From Candidatus Nitrosoglobus terrae (GTDB lineage Bacteria > Pseudomonadota > Gammaproteobacteria > Nitrosococcales > Nitrosococcaceae): 32,000 nucleotides of DNA. Under the pieces are notes generated by a model, which saw only the letters and a list, made by a program, of their open reading frames with translations, had not been told where the DNA came from and made no database searches. Made by a program: the position numbers and the translations under genes. Location of the stretch: the NCBI RefSeq assembly GCF_002356115.1, contig NZ_AP014836.1, forward strand, positions 1,643,091 through 1,675,090, in the 5' to 3' direction. Positions within the stretch are counted from its first letter, which is position 1, and each line of letters begins with the position of its first letter. Below are positions 1 through 10,912 of this stretch, in pieces.

Positions 1-678
1 CGCAAAAACTGCAACTAAAAACCCCAGAAAACCACTACCGCCATCCCCCATAAAGATTTTAGCGGGCGGCCAATTCCACACTAAAAAACCTGCTACGGTG
101 GCTACCAGTAGCCAAGCAAAGTAGGCGTAATGATGTGCTCCTACCTCCCATAACCACCCGCCCCCGATAAGAAATATAAAACAAGCCTCTGCTCCAGCGA
201 GGCCATCAATGCCATCCATAAAATTAAATAGATTAATAGACCACACGATGAGCAATATTAAACCTAGCCCTTTTAACCAATGAGAACTAAGTACCTTCAA
301 GCTATCGTAGGAGGGAGGGATATGGAGTAAAAAATAGAGAGTTATTAAAGCTGCCATAAAATGCACTAAAATCCGTACTAACGGACTTAAATTATGGTGA
401 TCATCCATATAGCCAATAGCAGCTACTAAAATCGCCCCTGGAAAAAAAAGCGATATATCATCGGAAGATAACTCATCTCCCCCACTTAGCAAGATCGCTC
501 CAAGCCATAGGACGACGAAGACTATACCCCCTCCTCTTGGGATAGGTAGCTGATGAGAAGAACGAGCGCTGGGGATATCCAGTAATCCTTTACGTGTAGC
601 ATAGCGCCGAAAATAGCCCACTAGGATTAAGGATAAAAAGAAAGATATCAGCAGTGACGCTAACAACGGAATAGCCAA
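1..678 (-). CDS. Glycosyltransferase family 4 polyprenyl-phosphate N-acetylhexosamine-1-phosphate transferase (WecA/WbpL/MraY-like); C-terminal part lies outside the window
   Basis: Not in the ORF track because there is no stop in the window. My reverse-strand translation in the frame ending at base 1 is open for 226 codons. It reads ...LLDIPSARSSHQLPIPRGGGI...GYMDDHHNLSP...NLFNFMDGIDGLAG...PPAKIFMGDGGSGFLGF, which are the loop motifs of the MraY/WecA superfamily, with hydrophobic TM segments between them. In-frame TGA and TAA lie at 730-735. The only plausible start is TTG at 678 (no ATG, no clear SD), so the start is uncertain. Confidence 0.8.
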   Translation of the reverse strand, partial: MAIPLLASLLISFFLSLILVGYFRRYATRKGLLDIPSARSSHQLPIPRGGGIVFVVLWLGAILLSGGDELSSDDISLFFPGAILVAAIGYMDDHHNLSPLVRILVHFMAALITLYFLLHIPPSYDSLKVLSSHWLKGLGLILLIVWSINLFNFMDGIDGLAGAEACFIFLIGGGWLWEVGAHHYAYFAWLLVATVAGFLVWNWPPAKIFMGDGGSGFLGFLVAVFA

Positions 679-1049
679 AATAAATTTAGAGCAACCTAAA
701 AAACGAGGTGATGGTGCTGAATAATAACATTATCAATTTGTCATATTTTTACACTTTAAAAACTTATTAATCCTATTAGAAACCTATTGCCCTTAAACCA
801 TTAAATTATATCCATATTTTATCTCTGAAATATCTTGATCTACCGTTCGCCAAAGCGCTAAAAAGTGTAAATATTTTTTACAACCCTCCTTTCAGACCTG
901 CTATTATTTTAGCTAATCTATTGTATTTATTTATTTTTTATCTATGGAATAAAAATTGCTTATCTATTTAATCATACCGTATAAAAATCTTACATTTAGC
1001 TTTTACACGATAGAATTTTAAAGAAATTTACTCGCTAATTATAACAAAA

Positions 1050-2135
1050 GTGATGAGGCGTGAATCAACTATGGAAATTACTTTTTTGAGAAAAAATATC
1101 ATTTTGAATTGTTATCATCTCCTATCTATGCAATTTCAGCGTTTTGTCCATGAAATCTCATTCATATTAACATTCACCATAGCTATATGGAGTCTAAGTG
1201 TTTCAACTGCCCAAGCAACCATCGTGTTTAATATCACCTACGACGATATGGTCAACCATACTGGCATTGGCTTTGACGATCCTATTTTTGGGGCAGAGCG
1301 TCGTAATACCCTGAATGCTGTATTTGATTACCTGAATACCGTAATTGATTCCAATGGCACCCTAGATTATGAGGTTAAAGATTCAAATAATTTGCCTAAT
1401 AGCAGTAATCTGGCGGCCGGTAGCTCGCTTTATTTTCCAAGTCTCAACGGATTTCAAGATGGCCTAGCCTTTGATCATATCATGACCGGTATTGACCCCT
1501 ATCCATCTTCTTATGATGGACTTGTGACGTTTAATTTTGGCAAAAATTGGAATAGCAGCCTCGATACTCCAGCTGCCAATCAATATGATCTTTACAGTGT
1601 CGCTTTGCATGAAATTACCCATGCACTAGGTTTCAGAACGTTGCTTAATGAAGCTGGGAATAGCCAAATCAGCGATAGTAACCCTGGCGTTTTTACTACT
1701 TGGGATAGCCACTTGGTGCTGGGCGATGGGGACCCACTTTTTAATTCTGCCGGAAAGTTTATCGGCTCAACCACAGATTTGGTCAGTAATGATATTTATT
1801 TTAGCGGCACAGAGGCCAATTTAGCCAATGGCGGTAAGCCAGTTCAAGTCTATGCCCCCAGCACATGGAGTGCTTCAAGCCTCGCTCATCTCGATGTAAG
1901 CAGTGATTTAATGTATCCTTTCTCTTTTAGAGGTGAAGAAAAACGACAATATAGCCCTATAGATTTAGGAATTCTCCAAGATCTAGGGTATACACTTTAT
2001 TCCGATCTTACTCAAATACATGATATACCTGAACCGAGTAGCTTAGTTCTATTTATGATGGGGGGCATATTGTTGCTTTCTCTTTATTTCAGGAAATTAA
2101 GTAAACCCCCTATCCTTTTTAATAGAATCATCTAA
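1050..2135 (+). CDS. Secreted metzincin-like zinc metalloprotease with C-terminal PEP-CTERM sorting signal
   Basis: Track ORF of 361 aa. HEITHALGF (HExxHxxG) is at 1608-1634. A distal His (SLAHLD, codon 1887-1889) is followed 8 residues later by a Met-turn-like LMYP (1908-1919). The C-terminus reads PEP (2028-2036), then the hydrophobic [18 protein letters not shown], then basic RK, which is the PEP-CTERM pattern. The signal peptide [30 protein letters not shown]|T suggests the real start is ATG 1128 rather than GTG 1050. Confidence 0.75.
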   Translation: MMRRESTMEITFLRKNIILNCYHLLSMQFQRFVHEISFILTFTIAIWSLSVSTAQATIVFNITYDDMVNHTGIGFDDPIFGAERRNTLNAVFDYLNTVIDSNGTLDYEVKDSNNLPNSSNLAAGSSLYFPSLNGFQDGLAFDHIMTGIDPYPSSYDGLVTFNFGKNWNSSLDTPAANQYDLYSVALHEITHALGFRTLLNEAGNSQISDSNPGVFTTWDSHLVLGDGDPLFNSAGKFIGSTTDLVSNDIYFSGTEANLANGGKPVQVYAPSTWSASSLAHLDVSSDLMYPFSFRGEEKRQYSPIDLGILQDLGYTLYSDLTQIHDIPEPSSLVLFMMGGILLLSLYFRKLSKPPILFNRII

Positions 2136-2734
2136 TCCAATATAATAGATCGGGACTTTAGCAGATTAATTACCATCGCCACAGACTCTTCTATATCTTG
2201 AGTACCAGTGTTCACGACTAATTCTGGTATTTCTGGGGCTTCATAGGGCGAAGAAATTCCCGTAAACTCAGGAATTTCTCCAGCCCGCGCCCGCTTATAT
2301 AGCCCTTTTACATCCCGTTGCTCACATATAGCAAGGGGAGCTTGGCAATAAATTTCTAAGAAATCACCCTCAGCCACAAGATCGCGCGCCCGCTGACGAT
2401 CCTGTCTAAATGGAGAAATAAAGGCTGTAAGCGCAATCACTCCTGCCTCTACAAAAAGCTTACACATCTCACCAATGCGGCGAATATTTTCGGATCGATC
2501 TTCCTTCGAAAACCCTAAATCAGCACAAAGACCATGGCGGACATTATCTCCATCAAAAACAAAGGTTCGACATCCTAGCTGTAAAAGCCGCGACTCAACT
2601 GCATGGGCTAATGTTGATTTACCAGCACCAGATAGGCCCGTAAACCATAAAATGGTACTCTTATGACCATTTAACCATTCCCGATCAGCGCGTTTAACAA
2701 CAGGTTTATGCCATATAATATTACTTGAAGCCAT
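2132..2734 (-). CDS. cysC: Adenylylsulfate (APS) kinase
   Basis: 200 aa with P-loop GLSGAGKST and the motifs DGDNVRHGL and ISPF typical of monofunctional CysC. Its stop overlaps the convergent stop of the upstream + strand gene (CTAA at 2132-2135). Confidence 0.93.
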   Translation of the reverse strand: MASSNIIWHKPVVKRADREWLNGHKSTILWFTGLSGAGKSTLAHAVESRLLQLGCRTFVFDGDNVRHGLCADLGFSKEDRSENIRRIGEMCKLFVEAGVIALTAFISPFRQDRQRARDLVAEGDFLEIYCQAPLAICEQRDVKGLYKRARAGEIPEFTGISSPYEAPEIPELVVNTGTQDIEESVAMVINLLKSRSIILD

Positions 2735-2999
2735 AATATTTTATTCCATGGAGCTTACATTCAAATAGCGCTCGCTTAGTACAATATAATGCAAACATCA
2801 TAGTATTGATCATAAGATTCCCAATGAATTCCTTAAACCTGCAAAATGATAATAGTCAGTCTTTTTTTACTGTAGAGATATAGGAGTAATTTTCGGTAAA
2901 ATACGCTCACTTAGATAACCAAATTTTGAGTTTCAAATATAATTTACAAGCCACTAATGAGGCTATATTTAAGCTAATCACGATAAGGATAATATTATT

Positions 3000-4478
3000 A
3001 TGCTGCTACAGCCCGTAATACTTTCAGGCGGATCAGGGACTCGCCTATGGCCCCTCTCTAGAGAGCATTTCCCTAAGCAACTCTTATCGTTAGTGGGCGC
3101 CTGTAGCATGCTTCAAGATACACTTACCCGCCTTAACGGTATTTCTTCTGATATCCCTCTTTCTCCTCCGTTGATAGTGTGTAATGAGGAGCATCGGTTT
3201 TTAGTTGCAGAGCAAATGCGGCAAATTAACGTTGTTCCTCGACAGTTGATCTTAGAACCATTTGGCCGTAATACCGCGCCTGCCCTTACGCTAGCCGCCT
3301 TTTCAACTTTAAAACTAGATGAGGATTGTATCTTGCTAGCAATGCCAGCTGATCATGTGATCACCAATATTGCCGCCTTTCAAGCCGCTGTTCAAGTAGG
3401 ATATCGACTGGCTCAAGAAAATCATATCGTGGCTTTTGGTATCATCCCTGCTCGAGCTGAAGTAGGTTATGGTTATATTCAAATAGGGCAACCACTACCA
3501 AATACAATAGCTCATTTAGCCTCTGCGCCTCAAGCTTTTACCCTTAAGGCGTTTGTAGAAAAACCAGATCAGGAAACGGCGCAACATTACTTAGAATCTG
3601 CCGGCTATCTATGGAATAGCGGTATGTTCATGCTTCGAGCATCAGCGTGGATAGCAGAAATTTCAAACTATGCCCCTGAGATCGAGAAAACTTGCTATCA
3701 AGCGATATCTGAAGGGGTTCAGGATGGGGATTTTTTTCGAATCAACCGTACTGCCTTTGTATCTTGCCCTCATGATTCTATCGATTATGCGGTTATGGAA
3801 AAATTGACTGCTGAAAGCCCCGCTCACTCTCCTGCCGTTATCCCTTTAAATGCAGGTTGGTCAGATGTTGGTTCTTGGCCAAGTCTACTGGACGCTAATC
3901 CTCGAGATGAAAATGGCAATATGATACGAGGTGACGTCCTCCTTGAGGATATTCGAGACACATTAGTCCTAGCAGAACATCGGATGGTAGCTGCAATTGG
4001 TCTTAAAGATCTTATGATTATTGAGACAGCAGATGCGGTACTGGTAGTACATAAAGAGCACGCTCAGAATGTTAAAAATATCGTAACGCAACTGAAAAGA
4101 GAAGGAAGAGAGGAGCATATTAAACATCAAAAAGTGTATCGCCCTTGGGGCTATTATGAAAGTATCGATTTTGGCCATCGGTTTCAGGTTAAACGAATTA
4201 TGGTAAACCCCGGAGCTTCATTATCTTTGCAAATGCATCATCACCGAGCCGAACATTGGATTGTAGTGACAGGAACAGCCCGCGTTATTCGAGATGATGA
4301 AATTATCCTTATTTCTGAAAACCAATCTACTTATATTCCCTTAGGAGTTAAGCATCGTTTAGAAAACCCTGGAAAGTTACCGCTAGAAATTATTGAAATT
4401 CAATCAGGTAGCTATTTAGCTGAAGATGATATTATCCGCTTTGATGATCACTATGGCCGTGCTGGGCAATCATATTAG
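3000..4478 (+). CDS. manC: Bifunctional mannose-1-phosphate guanylyltransferase / mannose-6-phosphate isomerase (type II PMI-GMP)
   Basis: 492 aa. The N-terminal nucleotidyltransferase motif is ILSGGSGTRLWPLSR. The C-terminal cupin reads SLQMHHHRAEHWIVVTG...IPLGVKHRLEN. Length and domain order match the ManC/CpsB/XanB/AlgA family. Confidence 0.92.
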   Translation: MLLQPVILSGGSGTRLWPLSREHFPKQLLSLVGACSMLQDTLTRLNGISSDIPLSPPLIVCNEEHRFLVAEQMRQINVVPRQLILEPFGRNTAPALTLAAFSTLKLDEDCILLAMPADHVITNIAAFQAAVQVGYRLAQENHIVAFGIIPARAEVGYGYIQIGQPLPNTIAHLASAPQAFTLKAFVEKPDQETAQHYLESAGYLWNSGMFMLRASAWIAEISNYAPEIEKTCYQAISEGVQDGDFFRINRTAFVSCPHDSIDYAVMEKLTAESPAHSPAVIPLNAGWSDVGSWPSLLDANPRDENGNMIRGDVLLEDIRDTLVLAEHRMVAAIGLKDLMIIETADAVLVVHKEHAQNVKNIVTQLKREGREEHIKHQKVYRPWGYYESIDFGHRFQVKRIMVNPGASLSLQMHHHRAEHWIVVTGTARVIRDDEIILISENQSTYIPLGVKHRLENPGKLPLEIIEIQSGSYLAEDDIIRFDDHYGRAGQSY

Positions 4479-4540
4479 CAGATGGATTCTATTTGATAAT
4501 ATTCACGTTTTGCTAGAAATGATTAATAAACAAAACAATG

Positions 4541-5086
4541 CTAGTACATTCCAGTTTGAATCTTAGCGGCATCAGACATCATGCTATAATTCCAAGGAGG
4601 ATCAAAAACCAGCTCTACATTCGCAATTTCAATATTATGAATAGCTTCAACCTTCTCCTTGACATCTTGTACTAAAACTTCTCCCATACCACAGCCTGGA
4701 GCAGTTAAGGTCATCTTAATATCCGCTTGCTTTTGGCCATCCGCTAGAGAGGAGATTGAGCACTCATAAACTAATCCTAAATCTACAATGTTAATAGGAA
4801 TTTCTGGGTCATAGCAGGTCTTCATCTGTTCCCATGCTAACCTTTCAATCTCTTCATCGGAAGTCCCAGCAAGCACTTGTGGGGCTTCTGTTAGCTCTAA
4901 ACCTAAAGCATCGGCATCTTTACCTGCTACCCTTGCCAAGTTTCCATGAATATAAACTGTATAACTACCCCCAAGGTCTTGCGCCACGATAACCTCTGTA
5001 CCTTTAGGGATAATTATTTTATCCGCCCTAGGTACCAACACTGCCTCACAATCACGACTTAGGACAATAGGGTCACGGTTATACAT
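4541..5086 (-). CDS. sufT: SUF system Fe-S assembly protein SufT (DUF59/MIP18-type C-terminal domain)
   Basis: 181 aa and the last gene of the suf cluster. The C-terminal DUF59-like segment is CYDPEIPINIVDLGLVY...LTAPGCGMG. Confidence 0.8.
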   Translation of the reverse strand: MYNRDPIVLSRDCEAVLVPRADKIIIPKGTEVIVAQDLGGSYTVYIHGNLARVAGKDADALGLELTEAPQVLAGTSDEEIERLAWEQMKTCYDPEIPINIVDLGLVYECSISSLADGQKQADIKMTLTAPGCGMGEVLVQDVKEKVEAIHNIEIANVELVFDPPWNYSMMSDAAKIQTGMY

Positions 5087-5100
5087 TCCTAAGCTCCTAT

Positions 5101-5553
5101 TTATTCTGTTGTGACTACTTGGTTGCTATGATCTAAGGCTGTGTGCAATGTATGCCAAGCAAGGGTTGCGCACTTAACTCGCATCGGAAACTCTTTAACT
5201 CCCGCTAACACCTCTAATTTCCCTAAAGGGAGTCCACTAGTATGAGTTAAACCATCATCCGTCATCAATCGGTGAAATTTACTAAATAAGCACTCAGCCT
5301 CCTGTGCACTCTTACCTTTGATAATTTCAGTCATGAGCGATGCTGAAGCCATAGAGATAGCACAACCTTCACCTTGAAAGCTTACATCCTTAATAATCTC
5401 ATCATCTATTTTAAGAAATACCGTCATCTTATCCCCGCATAGAGGATTATGCCCATCAGCCCAAAAATCAGCACTCTCCATAAGGCGAAAATTTCGTGGC
5501 CTTTTTTTATGATCCAAAATAACTTCTTGATATAAAGATCGTAAATCACTCAT
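5101..5553 (-). CDS. sufU: SUF system NifU/IscU-like sulfur acceptor/scaffold (SufU type)
   Basis: 150 aa with the three conserved Cys contexts NPLCGD, GEGCAIS and RVKCATLAW. It overlaps the sufS stop by 1 nt. Confidence 0.85.
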   Translation of the reverse strand: MSDLRSLYQEVILDHKKRPRNFRLMESADFWADGHNPLCGDKMTVFLKIDDEIIKDVSFQGEGCAISMASASLMTEIIKGKSAQEAECLFSKFHRLMTDDGLTHTSGLPLGKLEVLAGVKEFPMRVKCATLAWHTLHTALDHSNQVVTTE

Positions 5554-6815
5554 TATCCTAATAACTCTCTTACATGCTTAATTCCAGTAGCTAATGCATC
5601 TACTTCTGCTTTGGTATTATATAGTGCAAAGGAGGCCCTTGCTGTTGCTGGAATACCAAAGTAATCCATCACCGGCTGAGCACAATGATGGCCTGTTCGG
5701 ATAGCAATCCCTTCACGGTCTAAAATGGTTCCAATATCATGGGGATGGATATCATCCAAAACAAAAGACAGTACGCCTACTTTCTCCTGAGCAGTACCGA
5801 TAAAACGTAACCCTGGAATCTCAGCTAAAATCTCAGCAGCATACGCTGAAAGCTCTTGCTCATATAACGCCACATTTTCCATCCCTATTTCCTGCAGATA
5901 ATCTATAGCTGTACCAAGACCAATTGCGCCAACGATATGTGGAGTTCCAGCCTCAAACTTATAAGGCAGATTGTTATAAATCGTTTTGTTAAAACTGACC
6001 GATAAAATCATATCCCCTCCACCTTGATAAGGAGGCATAATTTCTAACCACTCCCGCCTACCATAAAGCACCCCAATACCTGTAGGCCCCATCATTTTAT
6101 GGCTTGAGAAGGTATAAAAATCACAATCAAGTACCTGTATATCAACCGGCATATGGGGAACCGCTTGAGCGCCATCAAGTAACACCGGTATTCCACGATT
6201 ATGAGCCATTGCAACAATTTTCTGCACTGGATTAATAGTGCCTAAAGCATTAGAGACATGAGTTATAGCTACTAAAGATGTTCGTGGTGACAAAAGCCTC
6301 TCATACTCATCCAAGATCAGATCGCCGGCATTGTTAATAGGAATTACTTTAAGCACCACACCCATTTGTTCACATAAAATCTGCCAAGGTACAATGTTAG
6401 AGTGGTGTTCCATATAAGAAATTAAAATCTCATCTCCTGCCTGTAAACGACTCCGGCCAAAGCTTTGAGCAACTAAGTTGATAGCCTCAGTAGCACTACG
6501 TACAAATATGATCTCTTCCCGATAAGCCGCATTAATAAAATGCTGCACTTTATCTCTCGCCGCTTCATATTCTCTGGTTGCCCTTTCACCAAGTTGATGT
6601 ACTGCACGATGAATGTTGGCATTATTCCAGCGATAATACTGATTAATTGCTTCAATAACTCGGGTAGGTTTTTGTGCCGTAGCTGCATTATCTAAATACA
6701 CCAGAGATTTTCCGTGTACCTGCTGGTTTAAGATAGGAAAATCAGATCGCACCCGTTCAACGTCAAAATACCTATCTAACCGAGATATCTCAGCAGCAGT
6801 ATTTCTAGTTATCAT
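5553..6815 (-). CDS. sufS: Cysteine desulfurase SufS (class V aminotransferase, group II)
   Basis: 420 aa. PLP-lysine context FSSHKMMGPTGIG and catalytic Cys context RTGHHCAQP. A 4-nt overlap with sufD suggests translational coupling. Confidence 0.95.
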   Translation of the reverse strand: MITRNTAAEISRLDRYFDVERVRSDFPILNQQVHGKSLVYLDNAATAQKPTRVIEAINQYYRWNNANIHRAVHQLGERATREYEAARDKVQHFINAAYREEIIFVRSATEAINLVAQSFGRSRLQAGDEILISYMEHHSNIVPWQILCEQMGVVLKVIPINNAGDLILDEYERLLSPRTSLVAITHVSNALGTINPVQKIVAMAHNRGIPVLLDGAQAVPHMPVDIQVLDCDFYTFSSHKMMGPTGIGVLYGRREWLEIMPPYQGGGDMILSVSFNKTIYNNLPYKFEAGTPHIVGAIGLGTAIDYLQEIGMENVALYEQELSAYAAEILAEIPGLRFIGTAQEKVGVLSFVLDDIHPHDIGTILDREGIAIRTGHHCAQPVMDYFGIPATARASFALYNTKAEVDALATGIKHVRELLG

Positions 6816-8158
6816 AGAACTATCTCCTGATGATGGCCTCTAAAAAACTGAGTATTTAGCCGACGCTCAATGTGTGTGCGAACAGGTATAGGATCAATAT
6901 CTTTAACCATCTCTTCAGCAAAGGCATAGATCAATAGCTGACGAGCTGCGTCTTCATCCAAGCCTCGAGATCGAAGATAAAATATGTGATTATTATCTAG
7001 TTGCCCTACAGTAGCTCCATGAGCACATTTGACATCATCAGCATAGATCTCAAGCTCTGGCTTGGTATTTACCTCCGCTCCTTCGGATAATAGTAGATTG
7101 CGATTAGCTTGTTGCGCATCTACCTTCTGTGCGCCTGGATAAACCATCACTTTACCATTAAATACCGCTCGTGATTTATCTCCCAGAATCCCTTTATAGC
7201 GCTCTCTACTACTCGTATGAGGATATTTGTGATCAACTCGCGTGTGGTTATCAACGTGACGATTACCCTCTAGGACATATAGCCCTTCTAAAGTACATTT
7301 AGCCCCTTCCCCCACTAGTACACTATTAATATCATTACGTGCTAACTGTGCCCCCAAGGCTAGATTACGGGAAAGAAACTCAGTATCTCGCCCTTGCTGT
7401 ACCTGAATTGTTGCGATATGGAAACTCTTAGCCGACTCTTCTTGTAGCTTAATGTGCTCAATTTTCGCCCCCTCCCTCATCACAACCTCGGTTACAGCGT
7501 TAGTGAAGTATGTAGCTTCATTTAACCCGATATAGTGTTCAATAATATTCAGCTCGCTTTCTGGCTCTAAAACAATAAGATTACGTGGATGAGTCACTAC
7601 CGCTTTATTTTGACTATTCGTAATAAATAGAAGATGTATTGGTTTAGTAAGTGTGATTTTACGGGGCAAATAAAAATAGGCCCCATCAGCTATAAATGCC
7701 GTATTAAGTGCTGTAAAAGGCTGCTGTTGATAATCAGCATAACGAGCTAATACATCACGCAGTTGCCTTTCTTGCTGCTTAAAAACGTTAGCTAAATTTC
7801 CTATCACCGCACCTTCAGGTAATATCTCAATTTCAGAGGCTTCCGCTACAAAATGACCGTTAACGAATACTAGACGAGAGCAAGGCATCTCTGTAAAAAA
7901 ATACCTCTGGTAATCCTCTACGCTCACTGGATCTGATGGGACACCAATGGACGTAAATTCCGTGTTAGCAAGACCGTGTACTCGAGTATATTTCCAGTTC
8001 TCTTCTTTAGCGTTAGGAAAACCAAGAGAGACAAAATTTCTTAGCGCTTGCTGGCGTAGCGATTGAAGCCACGATCCCTCTCCTCCCAACAGCCACGTCT
8101 CTACGTCGACATATGAATTAAGATGAGAATTCCAAGCCTCACTGAATATATTATTCAT
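6812..8158 (-). CDS. sufD: Fe-S cluster assembly protein SufD
   Basis: 448 aa with a SufB/SufD-family beta-helix C-terminal region ([25 protein letters not shown]). It sits between sufC and sufS and has 4-nt overlaps at both ends. Confidence 0.92.
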   Translation of the reverse strand: MNNIFSEAWNSHLNSYVDVETWLLGGEGSWLQSLRQQALRNFVSLGFPNAKEENWKYTRVHGLANTEFTSIGVPSDPVSVEDYQRYFFTEMPCSRLVFVNGHFVAEASEIEILPEGAVIGNLANVFKQQERQLRDVLARYADYQQQPFTALNTAFIADGAYFYLPRKITLTKPIHLLFITNSQNKAVVTHPRNLIVLEPESELNIIEHYIGLNEATYFTNAVTEVVMREGAKIEHIKLQEESAKSFHIATIQVQQGRDTEFLSRNLALGAQLARNDINSVLVGEGAKCTLEGLYVLEGNRHVDNHTRVDHKYPHTSSRERYKGILGDKSRAVFNGKVMVYPGAQKVDAQQANRNLLLSEGAEVNTKPELEIYADDVKCAHGATVGQLDNNHIFYLRSRGLDEDAARQLLIYAFAEEMVKDIDPIPVRTHIERRLNTQFFRGHHQEIVL

Positions 8159-8928
8159 GATAAGGCCACCCTTGCAGCCAGATTTTTATTTTCCTCAATC
8201 CACCCATAGCCCTTCTCTTCTAGCTCCAAAGCAAGCTCTTTGTTGCCAGATTTAATAATACGGCCTCCTGAGAGCACATGAACATGGTTTGGTACGATAT
8301 ACTCTAAAAGACGCTGATAGTGGGTAACTAGAATTATTCCCCTTTTAGGACTACGCAGGGCATTTATTCCATCAGCTACAATCCTAAGTGCATCAATATC
8401 TAATCCAGAGTCCGTTTCATCCAAAATAGCTAATGTAGGCTCCAAAATAGCCATTTGTAGCACTTCATTACGCTTTTTTTCACCCCCCGAAAAACCTTCA
8501 TTAACGGCACGCTGTAAAAAACGTTCATCCATTTTAACTAATTTCATCTTTTCCCGGACTAAAGCTAGGAAATCTATGGCATCAAGCTCATTTAATCCAT
8601 GGTGTTTACGTATGCTATTTAAAGCAGCTTTTAACAAATACACGTTACTAACGCCAGGAATCTCCACCGGGTATTGAAAAGCTAAGAAAACCCCAGCGCG
8701 AGCCCGTTCCTCAGGTGCTAAATTCAGTAGATTTTGTCCCTGATAAATCACCTCTCCTGCAGTAACCTCGTAATCTTCTCGTCCTGCTAAAACATTAGCA
8801 AGAGTGCTTTTACCTGAGCCATTAGGCCCCATGATGGCATGGATTTCACCAGGATTTACCTGTAAATCAACACCAGATAAAATGGGTTTTCCGGCTACAT
8901 TAGCGTGTAAATCTTTAATAGTCAGCAT
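8155..8928 (-). CDS. sufC: Fe-S cluster assembly ATPase SufC
   Basis: 257 aa. Walker A is GPNGSGKST, the ABC signature is FSGGEKKR and Walker B is [12 protein letters not shown]. Confidence 0.96.
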   Translation of the reverse strand: MLTIKDLHANVAGKPILSGVDLQVNPGEIHAIMGPNGSGKSTLANVLAGREDYEVTAGEVIYQGQNLLNLAPEERARAGVFLAFQYPVEIPGVSNVYLLKAALNSIRKHHGLNELDAIDFLALVREKMKLVKMDERFLQRAVNEGFSGGEKKRNEVLQMAILEPTLAILDETDSGLDIDALRIVADGINALRSPKRGIILVTHYQRLLEYIVPNHVHVLSGGRIIKSGNKELALELEEKGYGWIEENKNLAARVALS

Positions 8929-8971
8929 CTAAAATCTCTATAATTTCGCTAAAAGGAGTAGTTTAAAAAGA

Positions 8972-10420
8972 TTAACCGACGGCACCCTCTAAACTTACAC
9001 TTAACAAATTTTGCGCTTCTACCGCAAACTCCATGGGTAATTCTTTAAATACCTGTTTACAAAATCCATTGACGATCATAGAGACAGCATCTTCAGCAGA
9101 GATTCCTCGCTGCTTGCAGTAAAATAATTGATCTTCACTAATTTTAGAGGTTGATGCCTCATGCTCAACCTGAGCTGACGGGTGCTTAACTTCAATATAA
9201 GGAAACGTATGCGCACCACACTGGTCTCCCAAGAGCAGAGAATCGCATTGGGTGTAGTTACGGGCACCTACTGCTGTAGGAGCCACTCGTACTAATCCTC
9301 GATAAGAATTCTGTCCTTTTCCAGCTGAGATTCCCTTAGAAATAATAGTGCTACGGCTGTTTTTCCCAATATGGATCATTTTCGTACCCGTATCAGCCTG
9401 CTGGAAATTATTAGTTAGCGCTACTGAGTAAAATTCTCCTACTGAGTTATCTCCTTGCAATATGACGCTGGGGTATTTCCAAGTAATTGCCGATCCGGTT
9501 TCTACCTGAGTCCACGAAATCTTGGCATTTACACCTCGGCAAACCCCTCGTTTAGTCACAAAATTGTAAATTCCACCGCGGCCTTCTTCATCCCCAGGGT
9601 ACCAATTTTGAACTGTGGCGTACTTTATCTGGGCATTATCCAAAGCAATCAGCTCCACTACTGCCGCATGAAGCTGATTCTCATCTCGCATGGGCGCGGT
9701 ACAGCCCTCTAGGTAGCTTACGTATGCTCCTTCATCTGCTATAATAAGCGTGCGTTCAAATTGCCCAGTTTGCGCTGCATTAATACGAAAATAAGTGGAT
9801 AACTCTAAAGGACAACGAACACCTTTAGGTACATACACAAAGGAGCCATCGCTAAAAACGGCAGAATTTAAGGCAGCATAAAAATTATCCCGATAAGGCA
9901 CTACGGTACCTAAATATTTTTCTACTAAATCCGGGTACTGTCGTACCGCCTCAGAGAAGGGGCAAAAAATAACTCCAGCTTCAGCCAGCTTCTCCTTAAA
10001 GGTGGTGGCTACTGAGACGCTGTCAAATACCGCATCTACCGCTACACCAGCTAATCGCGCTCGTTCATGCAAGGGCACGCCTAATTTTTCATAGGTCTCA
10101 AGTAACTTTGGATCAACTTCATCCAAGCTCTTAGGGCCGTCTTTCTTTGACTTAGGGGCTGAATAATAAATAATATCCTGATAATTTATGGGAGGATAGT
10201 AAACATGAGCCCAATTTGGCGCTTCCATTTCTAACCAATGACGATAGGCTTTAAGGCGCCATTCCAGCATAAACTCTGGCTCATTCTTTTTACTAGAGAG
10301 CAGCCGGATCACCCCCTCGTCAAGCCCTGGAGGTATTGAATCTGATTCAATATCAGTTATAAAACCAGCTTCATACTGCCGGTGAGCAAAGTCCTCAACC
10401 TTAAGGGTTGATTTAACCAT
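8972..10420 (-). CDS. sufB: Fe-S cluster assembly scaffold SufB
   Basis: 482 aa with very conserved SufB blocks ([39 protein letters not shown]...[17 protein letters not shown]). Confidence 0.96.
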   Translation of the reverse strand: MVKSTLKVEDFAHRQYEAGFITDIESDSIPPGLDEGVIRLLSSKKNEPEFMLEWRLKAYRHWLEMEAPNWAHVYYPPINYQDIIYYSAPKSKKDGPKSLDEVDPKLLETYEKLGVPLHERARLAGVAVDAVFDSVSVATTFKEKLAEAGVIFCPFSEAVRQYPDLVEKYLGTVVPYRDNFYAALNSAVFSDGSFVYVPKGVRCPLELSTYFRINAAQTGQFERTLIIADEGAYVSYLEGCTAPMRDENQLHAAVVELIALDNAQIKYATVQNWYPGDEEGRGGIYNFVTKRGVCRGVNAKISWTQVETGSAITWKYPSVILQGDNSVGEFYSVALTNNFQQADTGTKMIHIGKNSRSTIISKGISAGKGQNSYRGLVRVAPTAVGARNYTQCDSLLLGDQCGAHTFPYIEVKHPSAQVEHEASTSKISEDQLFYCKQRGISAEDAVSMIVNGFCKQVFKELPMEFAVEAQNLLSVSLEGAVG

Positions 10421-10435
10421 AACCTACTCCTGCGG

Positions 10436-10912
10436 TTATCCTGTTATATTACCTGTATCTAGCAGCGCTGAATGAGTGGTAAGCTGATGAAATTGGATAG
10501 GATGCAGCCTTACAGGATGAACCATATCAGATAGCTTTATCTCATTTAATGCTCTATATATCACCTGATTAATGTACTCCCAATGAGCGCGGGTAGAACA
10601 ACGGGACTCCTGCCCACACTCCCCAGGCGTACTGATACACTCCGTTAAACCAATGGGCCCTTCTAAAATCGTAATGATCTCTGCTATTGAGATATCCCTA
10701 GGCGATTTTGCTAAATTATAGCCACCTTGAGCGCCTCGCGATGAAATCAGTAACTGTGCCCGAGCCAGCTGTTTTAAGATTTTACTCACGGTGGGTAAAG
10801 GCATTTCCACCTGAGCCGCTAAGTCAGCTGCTGCATGCTGAATCTCTGGATTCATAGCTAAATGAGTCATTAATACAATACCGTAATCAGTCATTTTGCT
10901 CATGCGAATCAT
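10436..10912 (-). CDS. Rrf2-family transcriptional regulator of the SUF operon (IscR-like, Fe-S cluster ligands present)
   Basis: The N-terminal wHTH starts MIRMSKMTDYGIVLMTHLA, which fits the Rrf2 family start, so I trim the track start 10930 to ATG 10912. The Cys cluster CISTPGECGQESRCSTRAH resembles the IscR cluster-ligand spacing. It lies directly upstream of sufB. Confidence 0.85.
   Translation of the reverse strand: MIRMSKMTDYGIVLMTHLAMNPEIQHAAADLAAQVEMPLPTVSKILKQLARAQLLISSRGAQGGYNLAKSPRDISIAEIITILEGPIGLTECISTPGECGQESRCSTRAHWEYINQVIYRALNEIKLSDMVHPVRLHPIQFHQLTTHSALLDTGNITG

Noticed and set aside
679-1049. A 10-bp inverted repeat TTTACACTTT (about 748-757) / AAAGTGTAAA (about 863-872) and recurring TTTTACA words in the AT-rich spacer upstream of the PEP-CTERM gene.
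   Set aside because: The arms are about 105 bp apart in very AT-rich DNA, where such matches are expected by chance. There is no flanking structure such as target-site duplications or an adjacent U tract to suggest a MITE or terminator.
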